Positions 1-13,100 of a DNA stretch of 64,000 bases are shown piece after piece. The translations under genes and the position numbers were made by a program. Below the pieces are notes generated by a model. That model was not told where the DNA came from. It saw nothing but the letters and a program-made list of their open reading frames with translations, and did no database searches. The DNA is from Dendrobates tinctorius. Taxonomy: Eukaryota. Each line of letters opens with the position of its first letter. The stretch's first letter is position 1. The stretch is taken from assembly GCF_039654945.1 (NCBI RefSeq), contig NW_027361677.1, positions 23,498,001 to 23,562,000 on the forward strand, read 5' to 3'.

Positions 1-3000
1 ATGAAGGCGCTCTACCCTATGAAGGCGCTCTGCCCTATGAAGCCGCTCTGCCCTATGAAGGCGCTCTACCTATGAAGGCGCACTACCCTATGAAGGCGCT
101 CTACCCTAAGAAGGCGCTCTACCCTATGAAGCCGCTCTGCCCTATGAAGGCGCTCTGCCATATGAAGGCGCTCTACCCTATGAAGCCGCTCTGCCCTATG
201 AAGGCGCTCTACCCTATGAAGGCGCTCTACCCTATGAAGCCGCTCTGCCCTATGAAGGCGCTCTACCATATGAAGGCGCTCTACCCTATGAAGCCGCTCT
301 GCCCTATGAAGGCGCTCTACCCTATGAAGGCGCTCTACCCTATGAAGCCGCTCTGCCCTATGAAGGCGCTCTACCCTATGAAGGCGCTCTACCCTATGAA
401 GGCGCTCTACCCTATGAAGCCGCTCTGCCATATGAAGGCGCTCTACCCTATGAAGGCGCTCTACCCTATGAAGGCGCTCTGCCCTATGAAGGCGCTCTAC
501 CCTATGAAGGCGCTCTGCCCTATGAAGCCGCTCTGCCCTATGAAGGCGCTCTACCTATGAAGGCGCACTACCCTATGAAGGCGCTCTACCCTAAGAAGGC
601 GCTCTACCCTATGAAGCCGCTCTGCCCTATGAAGGCGCTCTGCCCTATGAAGGCGCTCTGCCCTATGAAGGCGCTCTGCCCTATGAAGGCGCTCTACCCT
701 ATGAAGGCGCTCTACCCTATGAAGGCGCTCTGCCCTATGAAGCCGCTCTGCCCTATGAAGGCGCTCTACCTATGAAGGCGCTCTACCCTATGAAGGCGCT
801 CTACCGTAAGAAGGCGCTCTACCCTATGAAGCCGCTCTGCCCTATGAAGGCGCTCTGCCCTATGAAGGCGCTCTACCCTATGAAGGCGCTCTACCCTATG
901 AAGGCGCTCTACCCTATGAAGGCGCTCTACCCTATGAAGCCGCTCTACCCTATGAAGCCGCTCTACCTATGAAGGCGCTCTACCCTATGAAGGCGCTCTA
1001 CCCTAAGAAGGCGCTCTGCCCTATGAAGCCGCTCTGCCCTATGAAGGCGCTCTGCAGTATGAAGGCGCTCTACCCTATGAAGGCGCTCTACCCTATGAAG
1101 GCGCTCTACCCTATGAAGGCGCTCTACCCTATGAAGCCGCTCTGCCCTATGAAGGCGCTCTACCCTATGAAGGCGCTCTACCATATGAAGGCGCTCTACC
1201 CTATGAAGCCGCTCTGCCCTATGAAGGCGCTCTACCCTATGAAGGCGCTCTGCCCTATGAAGGCGCTCTACCCTATGAAGGCGCTCTACCCTATGAAGGC
1301 GCTCTACCCTATGAAGCCGCTCTGCCATATGAAGGCGCTCTACCCTATGAAGGCGCTCTACCCTATGAAGGCGCTCTGCCCTATGAAGCCGCTCTGCCCT
1401 ATGAAGGCGCTCTACCTATGAAGGCGCACTACCCTATGAAGGCGCTCTACCCTAAGAAGGCGCTCTACCCTATGAAGCCGCTCTGCCCTATGAAGGCGCT
1501 CTGCCCTATGAAGGCGCTCTACCCTATGAAGGCGCTCTACCCTATGAAGGCGCTCTGCCCTATGAAGCCGCTCTGCCCTATGAAGGCGCTCTACCCTATG
1601 AAGGTGCTCTACCGTAAGAAGGCGCTCTACCCTATGAAGCCGCTCTGCCCTATGAAGGCGCTCTGCCCTATGAAGGCGCTCTACCCTATGAAGGCGCTCT
1701 ACCCTATGAAGGCACTCTACCCTATGAAGCCGCTCTACCTATGAAGGCGCTCTACCCTATGAAGGCGCTCTACCCTAAGAAGGCGCTCTGCCCTATGAAG
1801 CCGCTCTGCCCTATGAAGGCGCTCTGCCCTATGAAGCCGCTCTGCCCTATGAAGGCGCTCTGCTCTATGAAGGCGCTCTACCCTGTGAAGGCGCTCTACC
1901 CTAAGAAGGCGCTCTACCCTATGAAGCCGCTCTGCCCTATGAAGGCGCTCTGCCCTATGAAGGCGCTCTACCCTATGAAGGCGCTCTACCTATGAAGGCG
2001 CTCTACCCTATGAAGGCGCTCTACCCTAAGAAGGCGCTCTGCCCTATGAAGCCGCTCTGCCCTATGAAGGCGCTCTGCCCTATGAAGGCGCTCTACCCTG
2101 TGAAGGCGCTCTACCCTAAGAAGGCGCTCTACCCTATGAAGCCGCTCTGCCCTATGAAGCCGCTCTGCCCTATGAAGGCGCTCTACCTATGAAGGCGCAC
2201 TACCCTGTGAAGGCGCTCTACCCTAAGAAGGCGCTCTACCCTATGAAGCCGCTCTGCCCTATGAAGGCGCTCTGCCCTATGAAGGCGCTCTACCCTATGA
2301 AGGCGCTCTAACCTATGAAGCCGCTCTACCTATGAAGGCGCTCTACCCTATGAAGGCGCTCTACCCTAAGAAGGCGCTCTGCCCTATGAAGCCGCTCTGC
2401 CCTATGAAGGCGCTCTACCCTATGAAGGCGCTCTACCCTATGAAGGCGCTCTACCCTATGAAGGCGCTCTACCCTAAGAAGGCGCTCTGCCCTATGAAGG
2501 CGCTCTACCCTATGAAGGCGCTCTACCCTATGAAGGCGCTCTACCCTATGAAGGCGCTCTGCCCTATGAAGCCGCTCTGCCCTATGAAGGCGCTCTACCT
2601 ATGAAGGCGCTCTACCCTATGAAGGCGCTCTACCGTAAGAAGGCGCTCTACCCTATGAAGCCGCTCTGCCCTATGAAGGCGCTCTGCCCTATGAAGGCGC
2701 TCTACCCTATGAAGGCGCTCTACCCTATGAAGCCGCTCTACCTATGAAGGCGCTCTACCCTATGAAGGCGCTCTACCCTAAGAAGGAGCTCTGCCCTATG
2801 AAGCCGCTCTGCCCTATGAAGGCGCTCTGCCCTATGAAGGCGCTCTACCCTATGAAGGCGCTCTACCCTATGAAGCCGCTCTACCCTATGAAGCCGCTCT
2901 ACCTATGAAGGCGCTCTACCCTATGAAGGCGCTCTACCCTAAGAAGGCGCTCTGCCCTATGAAGCCGCTCTGCCCTATGAAGCCGCTCTGCCCTATGAAG

Positions 3001-3438
3001 CTGCTCTGCCCTATGAAGGCGCTCTACCCTATGAAGGCGCTCTACCCTAAGAAGGCGCTCTGCCCTATGAAGGCGCTCTGCCCTATGAAGCCGCTCTGCC
3101 CTATGAAGCCGCTCTGCCCTATGAAGGCGCTCTACCTATGAAGGCGCTCTACCCTGTGAAGGCGCTCTACCCTAAGAAGGCGCTCTACCCTATGAAGCCG
3201 CTCTGCCCTATGAAGGCGCTCTGCCCTATGAAGGCGCTCTACCCTATGAAGGCGCTCTAACCTATGAAGGCGCTCTACCCTATGAAGCCGCTCTACCTAT
3301 GAAGGCGCTCTACCCTATGAAGGCGCTCTACCCTAAGAAGGCGCTCTGCCCTATGAAGCCGCTCTGCCCTATGAAGGCGCTCTACCCTATGAAGGCGCTC
3401 TACCCTATGAAGGCGCTCTACCCTATGAAGCCGCTCTA
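1..3438. repeat. 18-bp minisatellite (ATGAAGGCGCTCTACCCT, ~190 units, open at window start) with higher-order structure
   Basis: Direct tandem repeat with recurrent variants (A/G in TAC/TGC, GGCG/GCCG, TAAGAAG, 17-bp deletion unit). The MKALYP/HRVERL ORFs are translations of it. Confidence 0.98.
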
Positions 3439-4149
3439 TATTTTACAATAGAAGTCAATGGGAAAGCTAAAAAAAAAAAAAATACAAACACAAACTGGTG
3501 GGTCAGTGATGATTTTCTTAGCGCTATAAAAGGGTTTACCGGTTTCAGAAATCTCCGGTCCCCTTTGTCTGCTGTTCTCGCTCTCTGGTATTATCTGCAA
3601 CGCTGACATCACATCAACAGCGCTGCAGTCAATCAGTGAGGGTAGCGGCACTGAGCGACTTGTGCCATCAACTCAGGATGAGCTGCCGAACTCATTGATT
3701 AGCTGCAGCGCCGCAGACCATAATAGATACCAGGAGACTCAGGGCTGGACCAAGGGAGGATGAGAAAAGGTTATTATGTTTTTTTCAAGGAGGGAGAGAG
3801 GCTTTCTGAAGCCAGAATTAAAAAATGGATTAAAAATGGATTAAAAAACCTCCCATAGTTTATTTACATAGCTCCAAAACCGGATCTGAAACTCAATAAT
3901 GTGATGTCATTTCTGTCCGCCCTGTATTTTTCTGTAATGATCTCCACCTATTTATCTACAATAAAAGCCAATTGTAGTGACCACAATGGTGTACGTGTGC
4001 TCAGCAGTGTATAGCTATAGACCATGCACCTGTCCGGTTGGGTGTGCCGCCTTGTTTATTTGATGGGGAGGGGAGATATTTTCGCTCCTCCATCATTTAC
4101 AGCTTATTGTACAACAACGAGTGTGAAATCTCAGTTCTGTCCAAGAACC

Positions 4150-7100
4150 ATGTGGATTCTGTGCTACTTGACCTTACTTCTCTTGACCAAGTGTCACATC
4201 AACTTTGCCCAATGCCCCGACACCCAGGAGAATGTAGGAGACCATTGCATTCAGCTCGTCAATCAAGAGTTGACTTATGATGAAGCAAAATCTTGGTGCC
4301 AGAAACAAGATGGACGGTTGGCCCAGATTGGAGACCAGGACACCTTAGATGAAATATTACTGCTAATTAAAGATGAGGGATCTTACTGGATTGAAGTCGT
4401 GTCACCCATAAAAGACCAGATGGCTCAAGGTAGCGAGAATAAAAGAGGTAAGCTCGAAAAATAGGAAGTTTAGGGTTAGACCTATCTCGTCTTGACTTGG
4501 ATTTTGTGACCAAAAGCAGGGCTTCTGTTTCCAAAGGTTTTGGAACCAGCCCAAGAGACACACTATTATATTGCATGCTACAATATTAAAAAAACACCAT
4601 TCCTCAAGATGTAGTGGTTACGTCATGTCCCTTAAGGAGGGGTCCAAAGGCCATATTTTCGATCAATGTGCTGTCCATGTGCTCAGTGACCACTCAGTGG
4701 ACACACTGATCCAATAATGATTTTTCACATTGATTAATAAAAAATTTGCAACCTGCACTAGTCTGTTTTTTTTTTGGCATGTCCATAGCATGCAGCAAGG
4801 AGTTCCACATGGAGCCAGTCACGTCCAAAATTTTCAGCTTAAAAACTTTTTAAAACATTGCTACATTTTTTCACCAGTTTACTGTATTCCAATCCCCCCT
4901 CCTTGAATGATTTTATGTATGTCCAGAATTTTGGGAGCAAATTTTGTGTCATTCTGGAATTGGAACATGCAACTTTTTGTGCAATGCCTGACAAAAAAAA
5001 AAAAGATTAAAGACAAAAATGATTAGCTTTTTTTTTATTCCTTGCAAAATTAATGAACTGTGCGCACCATTTTGAAGAATTTGCTGTCAAAAATGTCAAT
5101 ACTACAAGAAAAACAAAACACACAAATGATCAATCGGGTCCATTATTCCAAAGTTCTTTTCCTTTTATGTTTGCCTTGTTTTTTTTCCCACACATTTATT
5201 GATAATGATGCACATTGTGCTTTGTGCATAAGTTTACTGTATCTACATAACACTTAATGCACACAGCGCACTGCCTCTGCCATACAGCGCACTGCCTCTG
5301 CCATACAGGCGTCATCACCTCCCTAGAAGCAATGCATATAGAATTCAATGGAGTATGCCTCCATTTTTTTCTACACACAGGCGTTTACATAAGACCTTAA
5401 TCCATGCAAAAGGAGGTAATAATGAACCCCTAAAGGGGCTTTCTGCTTTTAATATTAATGACCTATCTTTAGGTTCTATTATGTAATGATCATATATAGT
5501 ACAATGAATGGGAGACGCTTCCAGTACAATTTTTGGCCTTTACACAATATACAGACTTCTGTTATCCTTGGTATGGGCAATATCGTCGATCAGCTGATTA
5601 GTGGGGGTGCCAGGAGTCGTACTGGTGAAAAATTCTGCGGATTTTGGATGAAGCTACCTTCTTGAAATACTTTATATATCCTGTGTAAAAATACTTGAAA
5701 TTATACTTGATTAACCTATTGTTACAATCAGAACAAGATCAAAACCAACAACAAGACCAACAGCGGGACACTCGAGAAATTCAGCGCCAAGACGTACAGG
5801 AAAATCAAAATGAAAGACAACAACAAGACAACAGAGAAGATACGCAAAAAAATGAACTACAAAATCAACAAGTAGACCAACAGGACCAATACAAAGGAAA
5901 AAACGAGGACCAACGAGACCAACACAGAGGAAAAGATGAAGACCAACAAGACCCATACAAAGGAAAAAACGAAGACCAACAAGACCCATACAAAGGAAAA
6001 AACGAAGACCAACAAGACCCATACAAAGGAAAAAACGAAGACCAACAAGACCAATACCAAGGAAAAAACGAAGACCAACAAGACTCATACAAAGGAAAAA
6101 ACGAAGACCAACAAGACCCATACAAAGGAAAAAACGAAGACCAACAGGACCAATACAAAGGAAAAAATGAGGCCCAACAAGACCAACACAGAGGAAAAGA
6201 TGAAGACCAACAAGATCAATACAAAGGAAAAAACGAAGACCAACAAGACCAATACCAAGGAAAAAACGAAGACCAACAAGATCAATACAAAGGAAAAAAC
6301 GAAGACCAACAAGACCAATACCAAGGAAAAAACGAAGACCAACAAGACCCATACAAAGGAAAAAACAAAGACCAACAAGACCCATACAAAGGAAAAAACG
6401 AAGACCAACAAGACCCATACAAAGGAAAAAACGAAGACCAACAAGATCAATACAAAGGAAAAAACAAAGACCAACAAGACCAATACCAAGGAAAAACCGA
6501 AGGCCAACAGGGCCAAAAAGACCAAGAAAAAGGAAAAGATGAAGATCAACAAGAGCAACAAAAAGGAATAGACAATCAAGAAGACCAAAGAGGAGGAGAG
6601 CAGGCAGATAAAGGCAATTATGATCACAGAGAACGAGACCAAGAACATCACGAAGAGAGAGACCATGATTACAAGAACCACCACAGAGAACATGGTAAGT
6701 GCTAAATCAGAATGTTGTAGTAATCTAGGTGGGATATGATAAGGTCACATGCTGTTGATTCAAAGTTAGAGAAACTTTTTTTTTAGATGATGATGGCTTA
6801 AATGTCTTGTCTGAAAAAAAGGGCAGAATCAAAGGTTATCCCTAGACAGTAGACTTTTGAGAATGAAGAAAGTGTAAATAATGGTGTCTCCAGAAACCCC
6901 AACTACAGGGGCTCCTATGAATCTAATTAAAATAATTGTTAAACCACAAGTCACACATATGAATGTCGCCTTCCTTGTAGGTAGACACAGGATGGCAAAA
7001 AGGATGGCACAGCAGAGTTCAGGGTGCACTGTAATATATAAAGGCAACCACGAAAAAGGGAGACTTGGTCCAGGCTGTGAAGACAAGAAGGGATTCATCT

Positions 7101-10100
7101 GTTCCTTTGGTAAGTGTATATGGGGGTAGGACAACAGATACGGGTTACACAATAAAAATTGGGGAGTTGTTGAGGGAATAATAATTTAGCAAAAATGCTT
7201 AACGTAAGTTTGCAGTGGGAAATTCATGTAAATGAGTCTTTGGATGAATACAGTATCCTTCCCCCAATGACTCAAACTGTTGGAAAGTGATTGTTGTCAT
7301 GAGTTCTGTATCTTTAATAATATACATGCCAGAATGAAGGTGCAGTATATTACTAGTGTGATACATAGTGATTTTGACTCTGGTCTTCACATTATTTTTC
7401 CTAGATATTCCCAAAATTAACCCGCCCCACATCATTAAGGTGAGATTATGATTTTTAATGTGCTATGGACATATATCAGCAGGAACAGTCCTTATCAGAG
7501 CTTACATTATACATTTGAGTTACTTGCTGAAGATCCTCTGCCATAAGTCAATATTATATTTTGATGACAGTCGATAAATCTGGAATATTTGATAATCCAG
7601 GTCCCATGACTGCTGGATTATAGGAGTTTTGTTTTATGACATTAGAAATATGGCTACTTTCTTTAAGAAAGTGCGCTTTTTATCCATAGTCTGTGTCTTG
7701 TATTATGCCACTGATTTGAGTTCAGCTTGTAATACCAGATGCATCCACTGGGAAAGAGGGGCGCTGTTGCTGAAAGAAAGAAGTAATGTTTTTCTAATGT
7801 CGTACAGTCCACATAAAAGACGTTTTGTACACTGCTCATTAAAGTAAAGAGAACACTTATCACACATCCGATCTCGATGGAAGAAAGATAAAAGGTGACA
7901 ATCTTTACTGATAAAAATTGTGTAATTCTTATCAATGAAAACCAAATTCATCAACCAGATGACGGCTGGACTCCAATTCACCCTGAATAGTGAAGAAGGG
8001 TAAATTCCAGGATCCAATTTGTGTAAATGACATCATGACAACTCATAATGTGATCAGTACTGTGTATGGATCCCTTGTGTCTCCCAACAATGTCTGGGCA
8101 TGTTCCTGATGAGACGGCATCTCCTTTCAGACCTAGATTAGGGCATCAGTGGTCTCCTGGACAGTCTGTTGTGTTACTATGCATTGTCGGATGCCCTGAT
8201 GTACTGTATCCCATACTTCTCGATTGGACCCTGGTCTCGGGAAAATGGAGGCCAGTCAAAGACATCAGTGTCTTTGTCATCCAAGAACTGTCCACACACA
8301 CTTGCCACTTGAAGCCAGGTTGGCCCGGACCGAGAGGAACCTAGGATCCACTGCATCAGTGTAAGGTCTGACAATTGCTCTGACGATTTCATCCCAGTAC
8401 CTAACAGGGGTCAGTGTGCACCTTTGGCTTCTACATGGAAGTTTGCTCAATTCTTCAAGGATACGTCTCCCGAGACTATCACTGACCCATCTTCAAAGCA
8501 GTCATTCTGGATGATGTTATAGGTGGCAGAATGTTCACCACGGCATCAACTCTTTCACGTCGGTCACATTTGCTCAGCGTGAACCTGCTGTCATCTGTGC
8601 AGAGAACGTGTGCCAGTGGTGTTGTCAATTCTTGTGTTTTCTGGTGAATGCCAATCCAGCTGCACGGTGGTCTTACTACGGGATATTGACCCTCATGCCG
8701 ACCTCATGGAGTCTGTTTCTGACTGTTTGGTCATGCACACCACAAGTAGCTGCTGGAGGTCATTTTGTAGGGTTCTAGTAGTGCTCCTTGTGTTCCTCCT
8801 TACACAAAGGATCAGATACGGCTCTTGATGTTGGCTTGCTACCTATCTGCTATCCCTTTCCAGCATTTCTCATGTAATGGCCCAATATCCTGGTATCTGC
8901 TCCATGCTTTTGAGACTAGAGACAGAGGAAACCTTCTTTTGATAGCACGTATGCATGGATATGCCATCATGGAGGAGCTGGACTACCTGTGCAACATGAG
9001 TGGTCTGCATGTTCCGGCTCATACTACCAGTAGAAACAAGGATGAGCAAAACGCAAAACCAGTAAGAAAGGATGAGAAGATAGGAATTATCAGCAGCCAC
9101 CATCTGCAAAATCATTCCCGTTTTCGGAGAAGACTTGTTCCTCTCCAGTGCCCCTATGTCATTTTATTTGCGCCGGTGATATGGATTCACGATCGCTTTT
9201 GCTTCCTACCCGACAAATTGATGCCCCTGAAGCTTAATTGTGCAGTGACTGTGATATCCATACGTTGTCTACATTTTTTGAGCAGTGTATATATACGGTA
9301 ACTACATCCTCCCATATATACCCATTTTCCATTGTGCTCCTATATAAAAAAAAAAATTATTGGCGGACGTTTAATTGTGGTTTACTTTTCTTACAGGGAC
9401 GCTCTGCTGTATGTTTGTACGGAATGTGTCTAAGAAGAAGAGGTACTACCACCAAAAAACCGGCTGTGACAAAACCGAAACACAGTGGAACAGCCCCTCC
9501 TCCGGACCTGGATGCCATCACCCCTCTCCAACAGGAAAAGCTTAGAAATATGTCCGTGGATGCTGCAATTCAGGTTATATAAGCCTATTATATAGCATTA
9601 TACCACTCAATCATTGCCTGGTTTTAAGAGTTCCCCTATAGTGATGAGCGAGCGTGCTCAGAAAAGGTGTGATCAGAGCACGCTCGTGTCCTTATCGAGT
9701 ATTTTCGGCGTGCTCGAAAAAAAATGCTTGAGTTGCTGGGGCTGCATGTCGCGCAGCTGTTAGACAGCCGTAACACAGGCAAGGATTGCCTGTTTGTTAG
9801 TGTTAGGGTTAGCTGCGCGACATGCAGCCACGGCGACTCGAGCATTTTTTTTCGAGCACGCCGAAAATACTCGATTAGGACACGAGCGGAATTATTACCA
9901 TAAATCATTGACAGTTACTATTACCATTACTTTCTAATTGGCAGATTACTTCAGAGATCGTAACTCTGATGGTGAAGGTGGCATCAGACATCTGGAACGT
10001 CTCGCTGGTATCGAAAGCTTCGGATATACTGAGCCAGCTGCTGAACAACAGTGAACTGTTATTACCCGAGTCCCAGGTACAAGGGCAGTCTATCGTAGTG

Positions 10101-13100
10101 CAGAGCTATAAACGCTCATGCACTCGCGGAGGGATGATGATGATGACGACGTCTTGTACAGAGCCATGATAGGGCTCAAACCTTCTCCCTACATAGAGGG
10201 TTTATATTACCCTGGAGACCGAGGTAAAATGAGCCAACACTAGCATATGGGCCCCATTTCTATTTTTTTCTATAGGGGCCCCTTCATTCAGATAATTACT
10301 AAACCTTCTTTTTTTGTCTTGTATGTTTTAGGTCAATGCCAGCAACGTTCTGCTGACTCTCGGGGAGCAGCTTTTGGGCTCGCTGAGCGAGGGTGTTAAT
10401 ATTTCCAGCCAAGTGGTGATTGACGCTGCGCAATCTCTGTTCGATGCCTTTGATATCACGATAAGGGCGTCTCTGGAAAACTATGAGAACTTGACCTCCG
10501 ATCAGGTTTATTCTCTTATTTTTTTTTTGTAATTGATGTGATTGTGATGGAATACTGAGCAATACGGGCGAAGAATGCGCTTAGCTATATGTGACTGTTG
10601 AATAAATTCATTCTAGTCTGCATTACTGCTATGTAGACTATACCTAGAGCACAAATTGGCCAATTTGCATGTGCCCATCTGCCATGACAAGGTAGATGGG
10701 AACCTACACTATCAAACTTATCCCTCCTGGACCAAGATGTGCAAAATTAAAGGGCAGGTAGGAACCAGCACTAATTAAAATTAGCCTTAAGGCTCATGCA
10801 GATGTTTGTGAAACTCGATCTCAATACAGACCACGATTCATAGGTGGTACTCGGGTTTCCAGACCCAAATTTTGACAGCCTCTTAGGCATATATGAGACT
10901 GTCAAATTGGGGTCAGGAGACCTGCAGACTGTCAATACAAGTTTGTTTGTTTTTTTTTTTGTGGTGTTGGCCATAGTTTTTGGAGCCTGGACATACTTTT
11001 TTTTACTTTTCCCCGATATGCACAGGTGATCAGAATCTTGGATTCTTCGGTGTCGTCCATGGATTACGTACAAGGGGCTCTGTTGTCCCTAGGAAACAAC
11101 TCCGCACAGAATTATAATTTCTCTTCCAACTTATCCAGCATGACTGTAACCAGGTTTGTAGCTCTATTTAGGGGAAATAGTATATTCCCCAAATTTTCAC
11201 AATTCAAGCTGTAAACATTATTAAAGGGGTTTTCCTTCCTTCTCTTTGACTTTATCTTTGGCTCCAGTGTGATAAAAAAAAAAAAGAAAATAATATATAT
11301 TCACCCTACCATTTCTCCATCCTGATGACTGTGTCTTCCAACCATTGATGTGACCACCGGTTGGATGTAGAGGTCACATGCCGACCACGCTGCAAGAGAA
11401 TGAGAGACTTAGAGTTAGTCTAGCTAAAAGAGAGATCATGAGACCAAGTGACAGCTATTCAACCACCCAGCCTGACTAGTAGCCAACATTTCTGGAGAAG
11501 TTTAAGCACCACCTCACCCTGACCCTCCCACTCCACCCCAGAATGCCTACTTTGCATCACATCCTTTGGGGTTAAGAGTCCTGGGAAATCTGAAACAGTT
11601 CAGCATCTATGTGACTGCTATTATATTTCCACCCAACCAATCTGCCTGACAGTTGCAGCTTGTACTGAGCAATGCGAGATCTTAGCAGCAGCAGGGAGGA
11701 GGCACACTGAAGAGCTGACAATCAGGCTAGGAGGGTGGAGATTCAACAGCAGTAAGGAGAAGTGACACACTGAGAAGCTATCAATCAGGATAGGTTGGTG
11801 GAGATTCAGCAGAAGCAAAAGGAAGGAGGCACGTTTAAAAGTTGTCAATCAAGCTAGGTGGACGGAGATTCAGCAACGATGCAGGATAATGACACTGAGA
11901 AGCCGTTAATCAGGCTGGATGGGTGGAGATTCAGCAACAGAGGGAAAGAGGGACATTGAGAAGCTATCAGTCAGGCTAGATGGGCAAATATTTAGCAGGA
12001 GCAGAGAAGAGGTACACTGAGGAACTGTCAATCAGGCTAGGTGGGTGGAGATTCTGCAGCAGCATGGAAGAGGGATACTAAAGAGATGTCAATCAGGCTA
12101 GATGGGGAAAGATTTAGCAAGAGCAGAGCTCTCACTCAGGTTGGGTGAGTGGAGATTCAGTAGAAGCAGAAGGCAGGAAGGACACCGAGGAGCTGTAAGG
12201 CAGGGTGGGTATAGATTCAGCAGCAGCAGGTAGGAGGAACACTGAGGAGCTCTCAATCAGGCAGGGTGGAGATTCAGCAGCAGCAGGTAGGAGGAACACT
12301 GAGGAGCTCTCAATCAGGCAGGGTGGATGGAGATTCAGCAGCAGCAGGTAGGAGGAACACTGAGGAGCTGTCAATCAGGCAGGGTGGGTATAGATTCAGC
12401 AGCAGCAGGTAGGAGGAACACTGAGGAGCTCTCAATCAGGCAGGGTGGGTGGAGATTCAGCAGCAGCAGGTAGGAGGAACACTGAGGAGCTCTCAATCAG
12501 GCAGGGTGGGTGGAGATTCAGCAGCAGCAGGTAGGAGGAACACTGAGGAGCTGTCAATCAGGCGAGGTGGATGGAGATTGTATCTAAAAAGTAAGTACAC
12601 CAGCCTCGGAAGGTCTAAACAACCTATTTAATAATGTATGTGATGTGTATTGTGAAATCTGGTGACAGATCTTCTTTAAAGTCTAAAGCAAAGTGATTAA
12701 ATGTTTCAATCTAATCATATTCTTATGGTAAAAAAAATATATTGGCGGAATAAAAATATTCAACTAAGATTGTGATGATGGAGTTCAAAAAATGACAAGC
12801 ACTAAGTTATGTGAGGAAGAAGTGTGACCAGAGCAGTTGTCACTTCCCTTCCCCCACTCATACAAAGTGCATTACTCTATAGAGTGAAGCAGTGATGTCT
12901 TACTCTGTCCATAAGGGGGGTTTCCAGATAGCGCTAAGGTTACTATGTACCTAGTACTATATATGTATTTAATCAGCATTGGGCATAGTCTGTAACTGTA
13001 GCACAGCCACAGGCAATATTCATAAAAATAGATCATGTGAAAAAAAATACCCACTTATGAAACTGTTATACCCGCATGTGAACACAAGATGGCGATCTTT

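Noticed and set aside
66-3141. MKALYP peptide ORFs or a CRISPR-like array
   Set aside because: Head-to-tail repeats with no unique spacers, frames broken by 17-bp units, eukaryotic context.
4024-4149. 42-aa N-terminal extension of PKD1L3 from ATG 4024
   Set aside because: The signal peptide starts at ATG 4150; the extension has no recognisable features, though it cannot be excluded without TSS data.
5711-6693. Hydrophobic minus-strand ORFs over exon 2
   Set aside because: Antisense shadows of the A-rich plus-strand repeat, with no splice context.
6981-7010. RHRMAKR as a furin site releasing the repeat
   Set aside because: Lacks the canonical P4 Arg and lies within a disulfide-linked domain.
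9797-9812. TTAGGG telomeric seed
   Set aside because: Only about two degenerate units in a MITE loop.
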